A stretch of DNA of 64,000 nucleotides from a virus, in the IMG/VR virus record IMGVR_UViG_3300025601_000016, positions 6,867-70,866 of that record; one strand, 5' to 3'. The first letter of the stretch is position 1. The number at the start of each line of letters is the position of its first letter. The translations under genes and the position numbers were made by a program. Shown here one piece after another: positions 31,401-38,065 of this stretch. The notes below the pieces were generated by a model that was not told where the DNA came from, did no database searches, and worked only from the letters and a program-made list of their open reading frames with translations.

Positions 31401-33930
31401 AGCAAAACAAGAAATCTCTGTTGTTCGTCAGGAGTATGTTGAACGTGTCCCTAAGATTATCGCAGGCAAATTCTCTGAAGGTTTTAGTAAAGGCAAAGCG
31501 TCAGATACAAATAAAACAAACGCTACACGTCTTGCTGCAGACTGGACGCACATGTTTAACGGCTTTGGTAAGACTGACTTGTCTGTGCTTATTGACACTC
31601 TTGGTGAGTCTTCTGCTTTGTCTCTTTTTGGGAATAGCTCTGACAAGCAGACTCTTCGTACTAACAATATCAAAGATTCGAAAGCCCGTGTCTTGGCGTC
31701 AGCCAAGGCACTAGGGCTTTCGGATCGTTTGACAGATAAAATCACTAAAGCTTATTATGCTAAAGCCAAACAGCTAGGTAAGTTTCAAATTGATTACACG
31801 CTAGGTGACAATCTACTTACGTCAGCGACTTCTATTATGGGTCTTTACAATGAAGGTGGTCGTGTTGGCTCTATTACTGTAGCTGAAGAACTTGAGCTTA
31901 AAAAAGCTCTCTTTAAAATGTATGAAAATACAAATGATCAGCTTTCTTTGATCAGAGCTATTGATGAGCTTGCTAGTTTAGAGGCTGTTGATCAGCTTCC
32001 AAAAAGAACACATCAACGTCTTGCCAAAATCATAGCTAATGAAGGCTCCGGTGTGAAAGACGCCCTCTCTTATATGGTCGAACTGCGTAAACAAGAAAAC
32101 GAAAAAACTGATCACAGAGGTGCCAGAATCAATGGCATCAAAGGTCATATGGAATCTACTGCCAGAAGAAAATATAAAGTCATTATTGCTTATGATAGTA
32201 ATCATGCAAATCTTATAGAGAATGGTTACACCAGGATCCGTCCTTATAAAGACCCCATAGGACAAAATACAGGCAGAGCTTATTACTTCTCAGCGCATCA
32301 AAAGCTGGCCAACTACAACCAAGGCGGTATGCAAACTGTTAAAGATACCTTCAGCGGTATTGATCCTAGAACAGGTCTAGTAGTTGGTTCTAATACTACT
32401 GGTGGTCTTATTAAAGGACTTGAAGCTGCTAGCCTGAACAAGCGTATGAAAGAAGGAAAAATCACGTCTAAAGATAACGTGCTTCCTAGATTTTCAGACG
32501 ATGGAGTGCTCATTGGATTTGAGCAGTTCCTGGCGCCAGACATGATTGATATGCTTCAGATGTCGACTAATTATGCAGAGTCGCTAGGTAAGTGGGCTGG
32601 TCGTATTGTAGAAGAAAAAGCGGCTCTTGGCTTTAACATGGCTAACATAGACGCTCTTCATGAGACGTGGGAAAGAGACGCTGCTCTAGGCAGAGAAAAT
32701 GAGTATGTGGAATTTGGTTTTGAAAGAGACCCAAATACCAATGAGCTTATTCTTACAGAGGATCTGAGAAACGATCCTGTCTGGGAAGACTCGTTCCGTC
32801 TTATACCTCCTGCCGCAAGAGACTACGGAATTAATAAATTTGACGGACCTATTATGATCCGCAGAGATATGATCAATAATGCTCTTGGGTTTAGATCTGC
32901 TAGTATCGCAGATATCTACACAGGCAGAACACGCTGGTCTAAAGAGATCCAGGACACGATGAAGGACATCTTCCTTCTCACGCCTTTCTTGGGTCCTGAT
33001 ATGCTTAAGTATCTCACGACAGCTGAAGACACTATTCAAACCATAGTGTCAGAAGTGAAACATATTATTGTTGTTAAATCAGGTATCGTTCTTGCGGCGA
33101 ATACCCTTTCTAACATTGTTCAGCTTGCCGGCCGTGAAGTTCCTTTGACGTACATGGTTAAAAGAACACGTACCAAATATGCTGAAGTGGATCAGTTCAA
33201 GAAAAACGAAGAGCGTATTATTGATCTTAGATACAAGCTCTATGCCTCTAAAAGTAAAAGAGAGGTTTTGGCTCTTCAAAATCAAATTGAGACTATTCAA
33301 GAAGCAAGTAAACGACTCTCGATCTGGCCACTTATTGAAGCCAACCAACTGACAACAATATCAGAAGGCCTGACTGACTCTGATAAGTCATACATGGATG
33401 GCAAGTATATGGATTGGGTTGAGAAAAAAGCGGCAGAGCTACCTGGCGCACTCTCGACTGTTGCGAGATATGCGATCGTGTCTAAAGACACGGCTCTATA
33501 TAAAGGCCTCAATCGCGCAGTGCAGTATTCTGACTTTGTTGCAAAAGCGATTTACTTCGATTTCTTGACTCAAGAACGTAATACAAGTTCTGAGGAAGCC
33601 TTGAAAAAAATCGATAGTGAATTCATTAACTACGACCTTGTGGATAGCCGCGTAAGAACAGCTTACGAAAGCATTGGTCTTACTTGGTTCATGAACTTTA
33701 AACTGAGATCCATAAAGGTTGCTTTGGACCTTATAAGAAACAACCCAGCAAGTGCTCTATTGAGCCTTGGTACAGCAGGAATGATTGGTATGGAGGTTGG
33801 CTCACCTATGAGCGATAACCTACCTTTGGTGACAGCAGACGGCCGTCTTGGCTATTCTCTGGGTCCTGGAATGGTTCAGGCAAGCTGGAATCTTAATCCG
33901 TGGTTCCAGTTATGGGAAGCCATAGACTAA
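19480..33930 (+). CDS. virion-encapsidated single-subunit RNA polymerase (N4 gp50-like), 4816 aa
   Basis: T7-superfamily motifs STNGRY (~27320), EIDGKTNG (~27770), RAGTKQPITASLYG (~28180), VHDG (~29170); no Cys noticed, as for N4 vRNAP; N4-like C-terminus. Confidence 0.96.
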   Translation: MSDNVLRKQLQLLGEESLKNATEPTRPSYQPLSVRQAIIGIGPQEEYQLDRNALTGTEFRRKYGEVLYKRDYESYAPGSNKGPYSDAALEARSRTTGEHVNDASRQVAAGVVGLGGIIANFGLLTVSASQNYSPITLANNMTGVVEPKVDSREARAKTQEFTKKIQEEILSGETASMKAKTDVAQRQRDILFADSEYKYEQTKAARDPNDKIGQFFDAVGKFGRDSAIEAAVLDNNPSVKGKLVAEAIGSTGPALLVTGGTSALGSRLLAATTLKAGTKEVAKRGITSSTIGLIEGQGAYNGAIAEVNAMTHEQLMKSPDYKALIDAGWSEKDAKIYIADKAGVRAQLIQTALGTAAGYGVAKFEAAPFSRAVTAKNIKTVASQTIEETWQGATGQLSSNLGIREYADPNKNLTAGVGQAATQGWIGGMWSTQIITAPPLLAHAVGKVANKTGSIAKYGIAILADKQRARMEQRGPLGDKAIQESITIFDDIVTKANGIAVDSQEILAAEPGSIEPAALDELLANLEQVKQIPDVFIDTESDVYKARTEKFSDDVIPGSRLATLQNVLKKLVADPKSKDAYKDSDQLIAASEFAVEEWAAVQEFRDTVPDFDLEAAATVEPNTAKPEPTMAQVAKMTLDNLLQGRAFVQGIEKANEVLNTSNKTSATVRDVMENPVGTKTERLNNTDTSKFTPIQLKALEVAKAAQAPGESKTGATQKSLEQTDNTTEEVRKQLLFQPTSQPYREVPSVNKLLSIIFKGAERASRASDGEAKSEGIESSVAAERLQNLVQNQINKVNAGFESEIFIPLNPGKDGNIKYETLRQDGGGFSTKEDGNAIYVNPKNASSLETFRRVIDDTNTGIRVFNEALKQFPELFPEGTKPFTEIAARSAPEVSTKDVPKKSKDKKASQETADRNNTDDGRDSSVPGSTAASVAKDNLTKVGSDVLSLDELFGDQPLTTIEQALDYLSSLKNLTATQKQIKLLIEKSAVFKLNPDIKVRQGTSAEAVSKSDGWFDPAKNEIVVFNDSISDLLHEMFHAVTLEVLNQNLLKVEAQGEARTDAEKAAQELWNSARGFLALEPENATMERVQAIMDALIDDNEDRGGIQGYVYAINEYMSYGLTKKEVSDLKTENEYARPSIAAAVKVFIKRMFNVGPSSSIFDEVYMRSSILALDETTAKAIQKIKNKAAKKEAKKAPKKDPIPVETAAPIEEATQPKADVADEVAAVDSAYITQSESAVAAVKEARDKTRELLSKLNFKFEDTSDVSLLNLERIASKYITGLHNDDPVFLDEASRALSYALYTDINESVKVKIPRSVIETSLRSWLETGTPPKIDKTVWTAIINSLNKLMSFFSGKEFVNIERALADTITGITTSRDYSFKPQAGFEKLVFQKEMGNNPLAVQVLTSLIKSGLNFTLTGSVAYADQVPIYRKANSPLHDVDLLFKPDDVDAAFEWFSNGDPENWGDAKTLYTFTPGGVKVIGLAVVPAGYEIRNVSSTWNVKANNPQRSYDVHDKKTGEKVGSYFFLRGSKETFEGIAGITIDLIAEVRESKIPQTFNHNGKSFTIDVSSYVGGFAAKLSMLRPKDVVDFKAVVPPVRQVISDTTEETKPTAVKKDEPKFKSQKRAFIAKHEAMEKLLNRQKNRTDLSDKGKEKLKADLLVLAENKVLYEAYKADLEMGTDTQPVDPVVTNTTTPSAKAVTPTIVKKDEPKFKTQKRISRADLKTNPDTLYLFGDNDQGKGLGGQAKEMRGEPNAVGIRTKNSPSTKPEAFWSDDTYEQNKEKLNEDFQRVVDHIKNGGKVVIPQDGLGTGLSDLSNKAPKTLAYIEAVLVRLEALSQGAVPKAAPTVSTTKLNSAKSRKDLRFGVTRLRDAEGELSNNYTVEFNPEWTARIEKLIADDQDPFGSNSYLNSFLNKEVFALFEKGNTNSIDPSGGEFFNGKFHFTTNWNSSDASIQEEYFNPSPDNLDFFKEGTSPNNTMETPNESISSQEERMDQLGDQVLKAEFEIIPGEENTYVATFKDKQLTRKFEDADQYTASVMAANKDLRNHFESVVLSAFDERIAELFPENTQFDELEWGGDSFTFYADQQPLIKAAPTEDVAPTSEAAASTQEFTNNNPPPLDSDPRDQQSPAQATPEPAPVEQIAIEANEEDLAALAEQAAADFKRHQTSLEEDAKIVENEEEQAKKERPPALDYLNDTLVKDIDGNSPFTTAYEVRPILQPGEDVIDLVNTTDYEYKVDDLVVKSLRATMRNLEEVAENVQKRLLDPENKLNQPYSGKIQSTYFDLLRQNQEGTIDENSRDVLNLPIGRALSIIEAESVDAPRYDEHLLRLATLAVLDYLMNNSRSGGIYKNKDIIDVLNLDQNDQITGVMREVANHGRGMGDVIESVGLAIREFWGAAPVKGVSTTQIKGISEGIAAEILDVMNTMSDPADLETMWVSRKSTEVRRDGRDNQTFITYKIGPAFEKLFGSSKTILRDTLITPRSETIESQIGKRFTVSEMQNTLKKDKRVMLSDEKWRSGKVQMDTPYGVSTAMTRIMNTLGKEGMKKALGYVDLSDPDKFWNSEHKASIEGRNLSIEYAIDNTIDFGKRVAEWAEKNNKTVEEAEIFFKIKISTNGRYYQQGFNPQNDKLAREMFAASRTKVDLTDPEALLFLKTAVLQAWDNGYKIEDLGPIASAAVVDKLLNGETIIDEAGNTVVTPGILRAVVNSLKVNGPETANAIVKFTASKDVEQSARLLKALDLLAQVELAQEQGLTELTTDLPLEIDGKTNGPGTNAVQNIIERFTVAEMEMKRRIGLFHGAGSTDPQDIQTYTKFRTQHQNKGPSADLYMAVGETMSHTVMDLRKRLIENVGEGRTAANPITSKNAVKALDTILELFAEVGDVVINPPKDANTPGSISIKRAGTKQPITASLYGSGAAAIAASLLNALNQVIAAEITDSMATGKTDRIRSMAQKIDLLSSIRVKEFEGSYTAYDSQNMNVTNKIMTLNKIIAQFDNSNKPTKERQEQIKKYLAIYKMQNVQFHRLRDNIAALYVLPFKEALSMNVGRSVAVANNALSKAAGHHGDLYARIVNDQLFELVRVQRIPINERTKEELKIDSTNFLRKNEELSVESFNKVLDKNRKFAPIIDMGATVFDLSSKDSETTTDVKDRRKQALEYNKKAQEEGAPFREAEPSFTPNVQMQNKMTPFSRRPTVAGAGVKILSYLTIAGADVFLMNGAFNDPRFPSGILAVHDGAEVGIDPAKLKIASQVINEVIWNSWQTNTIESVLADLKNLEELDSQLRELGAYGMMTAGKRPQPLMAAIERAKADLQGMANMREARIIAMDKVAATVDGGPGVGAPYVKEGKEFGVGEDQKMVDYLNEELDSALEMIEAAQDFNATERAEGKFLETFEKEAVNGSQFRKLFEASEDKSASAFIAILGSQIKDPRQQATFDDMVQSRAMKEILAAGLKINVQKTANKPGEYFSKEKVLNIRNMTVETALHELVHATTVYQVMAHFADREGDTNKDRVMAIKRLESLMNDFLLRDLNPGSAEFTVQKLLQGTLDLNPEPEIGLSLALLEFMAYSLSNQQLINRAAKTQATDVMSIARVMGEKVIQAMRRLLGFTSNKVFDHIRFNTKIIMQSGINNVIESNLQNRNTVLDQILDNAVDLTSPEETRRMELQRLFTKQVDAYLSEKRANNSILENDTRIAQRLAEYSSAELESMNALSRLGAAGFTIESAQDVLLFKSLQAMFSMDLKLDKLARIEAQKIFEAVSDKLSPENFLNEMGTTGPEATQSQEQRAERMYQAVIGLPFTEAETDIVMKPGSDGRGMSDRLSVFLALSQTSPEFRNVLGAIDFDSLKLNTNSSETGLDGVLTNITEKTINTVNARVIGSNTANLSTKVGLDILAEQLLQYRAEAAMEIENQGSGLLNKANAAVRGVLDKYGVNGAIDSAADFSTQLLNNPAVPNSIVNLLSEIRGITDDTRLVFEKVKKAKQEISVVRQEYVERVPKIIAGKFSEGFSKGKASDTNKTNATRLAADWTHMFNGFGKTDLSVLIDTLGESSALSLFGNSSDKQTLRTNNIKDSKARVLASAKALGLSDRLTDKITKAYYAKAKQLGKFQIDYTLGDNLLTSATSIMGLYNEGGRVGSITVAEELELKKALFKMYENTNDQLSLIRAIDELASLEAVDQLPKRTHQRLAKIIANEGSGVKDALSYMVELRKQENEKTDHRGARINGIKGHMESTARRKYKVIIAYDSNHANLIENGYTRIRPYKDPIGQNTGRAYYFSAHQKLANYNQGGMQTVKDTFSGIDPRTGLVVGSNTTGGLIKGLEAASLNKRMKEGKITSKDNVLPRFSDDGVLIGFEQFLAPDMIDMLQMSTNYAESLGKWAGRIVEEKAALGFNMANIDALHETWERDAALGRENEYVEFGFERDPNTNELILTEDLRNDPVWEDSFRLIPPAARDYGINKFDGPIMIRRDMINNALGFRSASIADIYTGRTRWSKEIQDTMKDIFLLTPFLGPDMLKYLTTAEDTIQTIVSEVKHIIVVKSGIVLAANTLSNIVQLAGREVPLTYMVKRTRTKYAEVDQFKKNEERIIDLRYKLYASKSKREVLALQNQIETIQEASKRLSIWPLIEANQLTTISEGLTDSDKSYMDGKYMDWVEKKAAELPGALSTVARYAIVSKDTALYKGLNRAVQYSDFVAKAIYFDFLTQERNTSSEEALKKIDSEFINYDLVDSRVRTAYESIGLTWFMNFKLRSIKVALDLIRNNPASALLSLGTAGMIGMEVGSPMSDNLPLVTADGRLGYSLGPGMVQASWNLNPWFQLWEAID
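24313..24627 (+). repeat. 39-bp imperfect direct repeat inside vRNAP (24313-24351 and 24589-24627)
   Basis: both copies encode VKKDEPKFK(S/T)QKR, in frame, 276 nt apart. Confidence 0.9.
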
Positions 33931-34160
33931 AGTTTATACGGTTTGGTCTGAATCAATATTGCTCTTGAGTAATACTTAGACAGAGTTCCAATAAAAGAGT
34001 CTTCAGTAACAAAGTATCCTGTTGGCTCTCCATCCAGGCCTATGGTTGTAGGTCTGATAACACCATTTGAATGAAGATACTGTTGACCTTCACTTTCAGT
34101 AGGGCTTGCCCAGTAACCATACTTGTTTCTGCCAATAGTAAATGAACCATACTCTGTCAT
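33927..34160 (-). CDS. hypothetical protein (77 aa)
   Basis: MTEYGSFTIG..., TAATG-coupled to upstream ORF; converges on vRNAP. Confidence 0.65.
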   Translation of the reverse strand: MTEYGSFTIGRNKYGYWASPTESEGQQYLHSNGVIRPTTIGLDGEPTGYFVTEDSFIGTLSKYYSRAILIQTKPYKL

Positions 34161-34507
34161 TACGCTTTCTCCCATACATAATGCCAGATTCCTGCATGGT
34201 ATCTTTGAAGCGAACAACGATCGTCGTCTTGATCTTCTTCTGAAGCGAAACAGTCATTCTGTAGAGCATACTCTTTTGCTCTCTTAAGATATTTTTGAAC
34301 ATTTAGATGATCAGGAATACCACTTACAATGATGTCTTTTTTGTCCTCTGTAAGTTCTACTTTGATCATCACTTGTTCAAGATGCCTGTTGTCAATTGCA
34401 TAACCGTCAAAAAAACAGTAGTTAACAAATGTAGCTGTTTCTTCGTGGCATTCATAATCACCTTCTGCGTATTTAATTATGCGTAAAGAATTTTCTGTAT
34501 TTGTCAT
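34160..34507 (-). CDS. hypothetical protein
   Basis: 115-aa ORF with AAGGA RBS. Confidence 0.75.
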   Translation of the reverse strand: MTNTENSLRIIKYAEGDYECHEETATFVNYCFFDGYAIDNRHLEQVMIKVELTEDKKDIIVSGIPDHLNVQKYLKRAKEYALQNDCFASEEDQDDDRCSLQRYHAGIWHYVWEKA

Positions 34508-34529
34508 CTCACTTTCCTTTTTTGAGTAA

Positions 34530-34603
34530 TACTCTGTATGGGACTTGAACCCATATTACCTTGTTTAACTTTACAAGGGTCTTACCAATTAAATGAACAG
34601 AGT
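34530..34603 (-). tRNA. atypical tRNA or pseudo-tRNA (Asn-like GTT in an 8-nt anticodon loop, no encoded CCA)
   Basis: acceptor ACTCTGT/ACAGAGT, D loop AATTGGTA, anticodon stem CTTGT/ACAAG, loop AAAGTTAA, T arm ATGGG-TTCAAGT-CCCAT. Confidence 0.7.
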
Positions 34604-34604
34604 T

Positions 34605-34746
34605 TGGTGCTGGAGATCCGTACAAGCTTCACGTTCTCCAGCTGCCTGACGTTATCAGGCATGAGTAGTCTGCACATCACAGGTTGCCCCGCTTAACATC
34701 ACAGACCTCAGCCCCACCCTGCTTGCACGGGACTACGGGACCACTC
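34605..34746 (-). ncRNA. GC-rich structured RNA ending in a hairpin plus ACCA
   Basis: several stems, a GCAA tetraloop, and GCTGGAGA...TCTCCAGC-ACCA one base before the tRNA-like element. Confidence 0.5.
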
Positions 34747-35670
34747 TTAATCAAGATCAATAGGATCTCGAAAACCTAAATATACAGGATGAATTGGCAC
34801 TCCATATTGAGAGAGCCTCATATACTTAATTTTAATTAGCTTACCAGAAAGCTCTTCCCGACGATCCCAGAGCTTTTGCCCTGTATCTCGAGACATGCCG
34901 CGGAAGCTTCCTACTGCGAAGATTGCTCCGCTAGGCATTCGGCATACGAATGAACCAAGTGTTCCTCCTGCAATTCTACCGTCTTGGGCAGTGGAGCGCT
35001 CAGTTCGTCCAAGAGGATTTGTGAAGCCCTCATTATGATTATGAAGCAGTTCGTTAACAGCGACAATTTCCACCTCAATATCTTGGAAGTCTTTGATCTT
35101 GAGAACGTACTTTTCATTCTCAGTGCGCTTACCCGGCTTATAAATAGAATCTTCCCATCTTACGATGGTTCCATCCAGTCCAGGATCACGATCATTTATA
35201 TCATGGAAAAGCATCAAACCATCCATGTCTTTAATACGAAGACCATGGACAACCATAACCATAGGGTGGTCTATTGCGTTTACTGTTGCAGCTACAACGG
35301 ACCATCGATCTGAATATGGCAAAGACATATCTGAGATTTCATCAAACATATGATAAATCACATCATCAAATTCACGATACTTGGCAGAAAGAAGCCCATC
35401 GCAACCTTCAAATGAGTCACCGGCCTGGAGCTCCCCCTCAAAGACCCATCCGGAAAGGACGGCAATATCTTCAAAAATTGCCGAAAACGTTTCAATGATC
35501 CATTGGTTAGTGATTGGCTTCATCGATCGACCAAGGAACTCCATACCGCCTTGATTATCGCTGCGGATAATCATCTTCATTCCATCGATCTTTTTCTGAG
35601 CCAGACAAGGAAATGTGATCTTTTCTAAGTCTGCATTACAAGGCTGCATAGGCTTTGTGAATTTAATCAT
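34747..35670 (-). CDS. lig: ATP-dependent DNA ligase
   Basis: motif I KIDG, FEGEL, YHMFD, Y.PGKR, LKIK, C-terminal OB fold P.HPVYLGFRD. Confidence 0.93.
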   Translation of the reverse strand: MIKFTKPMQPCNADLEKITFPCLAQKKIDGMKMIIRSDNQGGMEFLGRSMKPITNQWIIETFSAIFEDIAVLSGWVFEGELQAGDSFEGCDGLLSAKYREFDDVIYHMFDEISDMSLPYSDRWSVVAATVNAIDHPMVMVVHGLRIKDMDGLMLFHDINDRDPGLDGTIVRWEDSIYKPGKRTENEKYVLKIKDFQDIEVEIVAVNELLHNHNEGFTNPLGRTERSTAQDGRIAGGTLGSFVCRMPSGAIFAVGSFRGMSRDTGQKLWDRREELSGKLIKIKYMRLSQYGVPIHPVYLGFRDPIDLD

Positions 35671-35677
35671 ACGTCAC

Positions 35678-36019
35678 CTAGTTAAATGGATCTGATTCTT
35701 CTTCATCAGAAGGCCCGTTAAACATTTTGTTAACAAAAGATTGCATTTCTGCTTCTGTTGAAAACTCCATAAGAAGTGATTTTTGTGTTGAGATCTCGTC
35801 TTCAGACATATAGTTTTTTAGCTTTGTCTGACGATCAAGGCACGCCTCTGGAGTTTCTAGCGCACTCATATAAATCGTTTCTTCAATTGGTTTGTTTTCC
35901 GTCTTAGACCAGTAAGCACACCTGGCTCTTTTCTGAGGACCCTTAGAAACCTCAATCAAAACCATCATTGGTGAACCTGATTTCATTACAACAACATCAT
36001 TTGCTTTAAGATTTGTCAT
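35678..36019 (-). CDS. YodC/DUF2158-like protein
   Basis: DVVVMKSGSPMMV...C.YW. Confidence 0.65.
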   Translation of the reverse strand: MTNLKANDVVVMKSGSPMMVLIEVSKGPQKRARCAYWSKTENKPIEETIYMSALETPEACLDRQTKLKNYMSEDEISTQKSLLMEFSTEAEMQSFVNKMFNGPSDEEESDPFN

Positions 36020-36033
36020 TCTTTTCTCCTACA

Positions 36034-36065
36034 TAAATAAAAAGCCGCCCAAAATGAGCGACTTA
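36034..36065 (-). terminator. Rho-independent terminator, preceded by two more hairpins at 36081-36149
   Basis: AAGTCGCTC-ATTTT-GGGCGGCTT then TTTATTT on minus strand. Confidence 0.7.
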
Positions 36066-36152
36066 CTGTTTAGGTAAGATGGGGAGGTATGGCTGTAGGG
36101 ACCACCACAACCTCCCCTGGATACCCTAATTGAGAGCTTAGGATACCCAATC

Positions 36153-36650
36153 TTAGTTCAGGTTGTCAAAGATGCTTTTTGCTTTTGGCTTTTCAGCAGG
36201 GGCTTCTACTTCAGCCTCTACAGCAACGCATATTTCAGCAACTGGTTCTTCACTTGCAGCTTCAACAGGTGCGGCTGCTTTAAACAAAGAACTCTTCTTT
36301 GGTTCTTCTGTTGCATTAATTGCTTTTTCTGGAAGAGCTTCTTCTGTGATTTTTGCATCAAGGAGAACAGATGGTTCTGGAAGTTGATAGCTTGTAACGT
36401 CGTTTTCCACGTTTCTCTTAACAGCGCCATCGCTTACTTCTTCAAAAGTAGTCATGCTGTTAATTGGCTTTGAAACGGACTGAACAGTCACTGGAACAGG
36501 TTCAATCGTAATGGCAGCAGTATGGCCATTCTCACCGCGGCCGGCTGTGAGGACTACTGGGAGCTCATCAGCGTCGCTTACTGGAACCACTGCCCGAATA
36601 TAGTTTCGGATAGCTTCAACGATTTCGTTTTCTTCTAGGAATACTTGCAC
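36153..36650 (-). CDS. conserved N4-like protein downstream of the resolvase (GTG start)
   Basis: AAGGA RBS before GTG; VQVFLEENEIVEAIRNYI; ends KSIFDNLN. Confidence 0.7.
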   Translation of the reverse strand: MQVFLEENEIVEAIRNYIRAVVPVSDADELPVVLTAGRGENGHTAAITIEPVPVTVQSVSKPINSMTTFEEVSDGAVKRNVENDVTSYQLPEPSVLLDAKITEEALPEKAINATEEPKKSSLFKAAAPVEAASEEPVAEICVAVEAEVEAPAEKPKAKSIFDNLN

Positions 36651-36738
36651 GTAACTTTTCCTTTGTTCTGGGTTATGCGTACTTGGGAGATTTTTCTCAT
36701 TTTGAGAAGTAACTTTCCTCGGGGAGTAGATTGATATT

Positions 36739-37221
36739 TCAGCCATACATGGCTCCTGAGTTGCTGATAAATGGGCGGATACCCACTTCCATTCTCGGAT
36801 TCTTTTTGTCAATGGATCTCACTTCGCAAGAGAATCCAGGCACGAAATGACAATTATCATCCTCTAACTTTCCCATTTCAACAAGAGTATCGACAAAATA
36901 TTTATCTATAATGCTGACTACATTCATTAGATCACGTTTAATATTATTTTGTGGATACAGTAAGTAATGAAGAGATACCTTACCCCATAGCTCAGTTACA
37001 TTGGGAAGAGCTAAAACTTGGTCTTCAATCTCTTCTTTGAATTTCACCTTAGTTGTATTGGCAGTTTGATAGTGCCAATTTCGGTAATTATTCAGATTAA
37101 GCCAATGCTTCTTTGTTGCTTTGGTATAGGTCCCATCTTTTTTGAGACGTGTCTTACCGCCTATGTAGAGAGGAAGAATGAGTTTGAGTTCGGGAGGTAC
37201 TGGTCTATCTATAAAGGCCAT
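36739..37221 (-). CDS. RusA-like Holliday junction resolvase
   Basis: LNLNNYRNWH, RDLMN...IDKYFVD.L...EDDN. Confidence 0.85.
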   Translation of the reverse strand: MAFIDRPVPPELKLILPLYIGGKTRLKKDGTYTKATKKHWLNLNNYRNWHYQTANTTKVKFKEEIEDQVLALPNVTELWGKVSLHYLLYPQNNIKRDLMNVVSIIDKYFVDTLVEMGKLEDDNCHFVPGFSCEVRSIDKKNPRMEVGIRPFISNSGAMYG

Positions 37222-37281
37222 AAAAAACCTCTTTGCTGGGTTACAGCAAAGAGGCTTAGTGTTCTTCAGTACTAAAGTCTA

Positions 37282-38001
37282 CTAGCCGAAAAGTGACTTT
37301 GTAGCTTTAGGTGAACCAGTACCGCTCTTAGGAGCGCCACTTGAACCAGTCACTTCTTTGAACTTATTACGTGTCTGGCCAGAGTTTTTATCCCCCCACT
37401 TTGTGTAGAAGAGATCCGCTTCTGCAATATCTGCATCTTTTTTGAGTTCCAGATATGTCTTCTTGGTTTCAGTATGAAAATACTTATCGGTCTCGTTTAC
37501 ATCACGAGACTCATTCGTATCAACATAAGAATCACCAACTTTTTCTTGTTTATTTTCGGTAACTTTAAGAATAGCTGCGGAGACTTTTTTACCAAGGAGT
37601 GAAGTAATCACTGGCATGTTTTTGTTGACCTCAGACTTGGACTGAGAGTCCCAGACTTTAATCACTTTTTCTTCAACAGTTTGTTCCGCAAGCGGAAATC
37701 CTGTCGATACTAGACAAAGATCGTTGATTGTTTCAAAGCCTGGCAGCATACGTGTTTTGCCATCTTTTTCGTATGTGGCATCGCCATTACGATTAAAGAT
37801 CCATGTGCGATCGGTGATCTCTTTATCACCATACGCAATGACTGTTACCACACACTTTGCCTGGGATTTGGCAGACGGAGTGACATAAGCAAGCTTGATG
37901 ACACCGTCATACAAACCTGATTCAACTGTGAAGCTACCACCACCTAGATAGTCGACTTGCTCTTCAGCACCTGAGATATCAATATTCTTGAACATATCCA
38001 T
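37282..38001 (-). CDS. ssb: single-stranded DNA-binding protein (N4 gp45-like; late transcription activator in N4)
   Basis: D.LGG, LPGF..INDL, C-terminal KSLFG. Confidence 0.88.
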   Translation of the reverse strand: MDMFKNIDISGAEEQVDYLGGGSFTVESGLYDGVIKLAYVTPSAKSQAKCVVTVIAYGDKEITDRTWIFNRNGDATYEKDGKTRMLPGFETINDLCLVSTGFPLAEQTVEEKVIKVWDSQSKSEVNKNMPVITSLLGKKVSAAILKVTENKQEKVGDSYVDTNESRDVNETDKYFHTETKKTYLELKKDADIAEADLFYTKWGDKNSGQTRNKFKEVTGSSGAPKSGTGSPKATKSLFG

Positions 38002-38065
38002 AGAAGTATTTCCTGTTTATTGGAGTTTCATTTGTGACTTAAAGCCACCAAAAAAGCTGCTAGCT

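Noticed and set aside
20005-33512. Numerous short antisense or alternate-frame ORFs within vRNAP and other long genes
   Set aside because: No RBS or motifs; expected by chance opposite long coding sequences.
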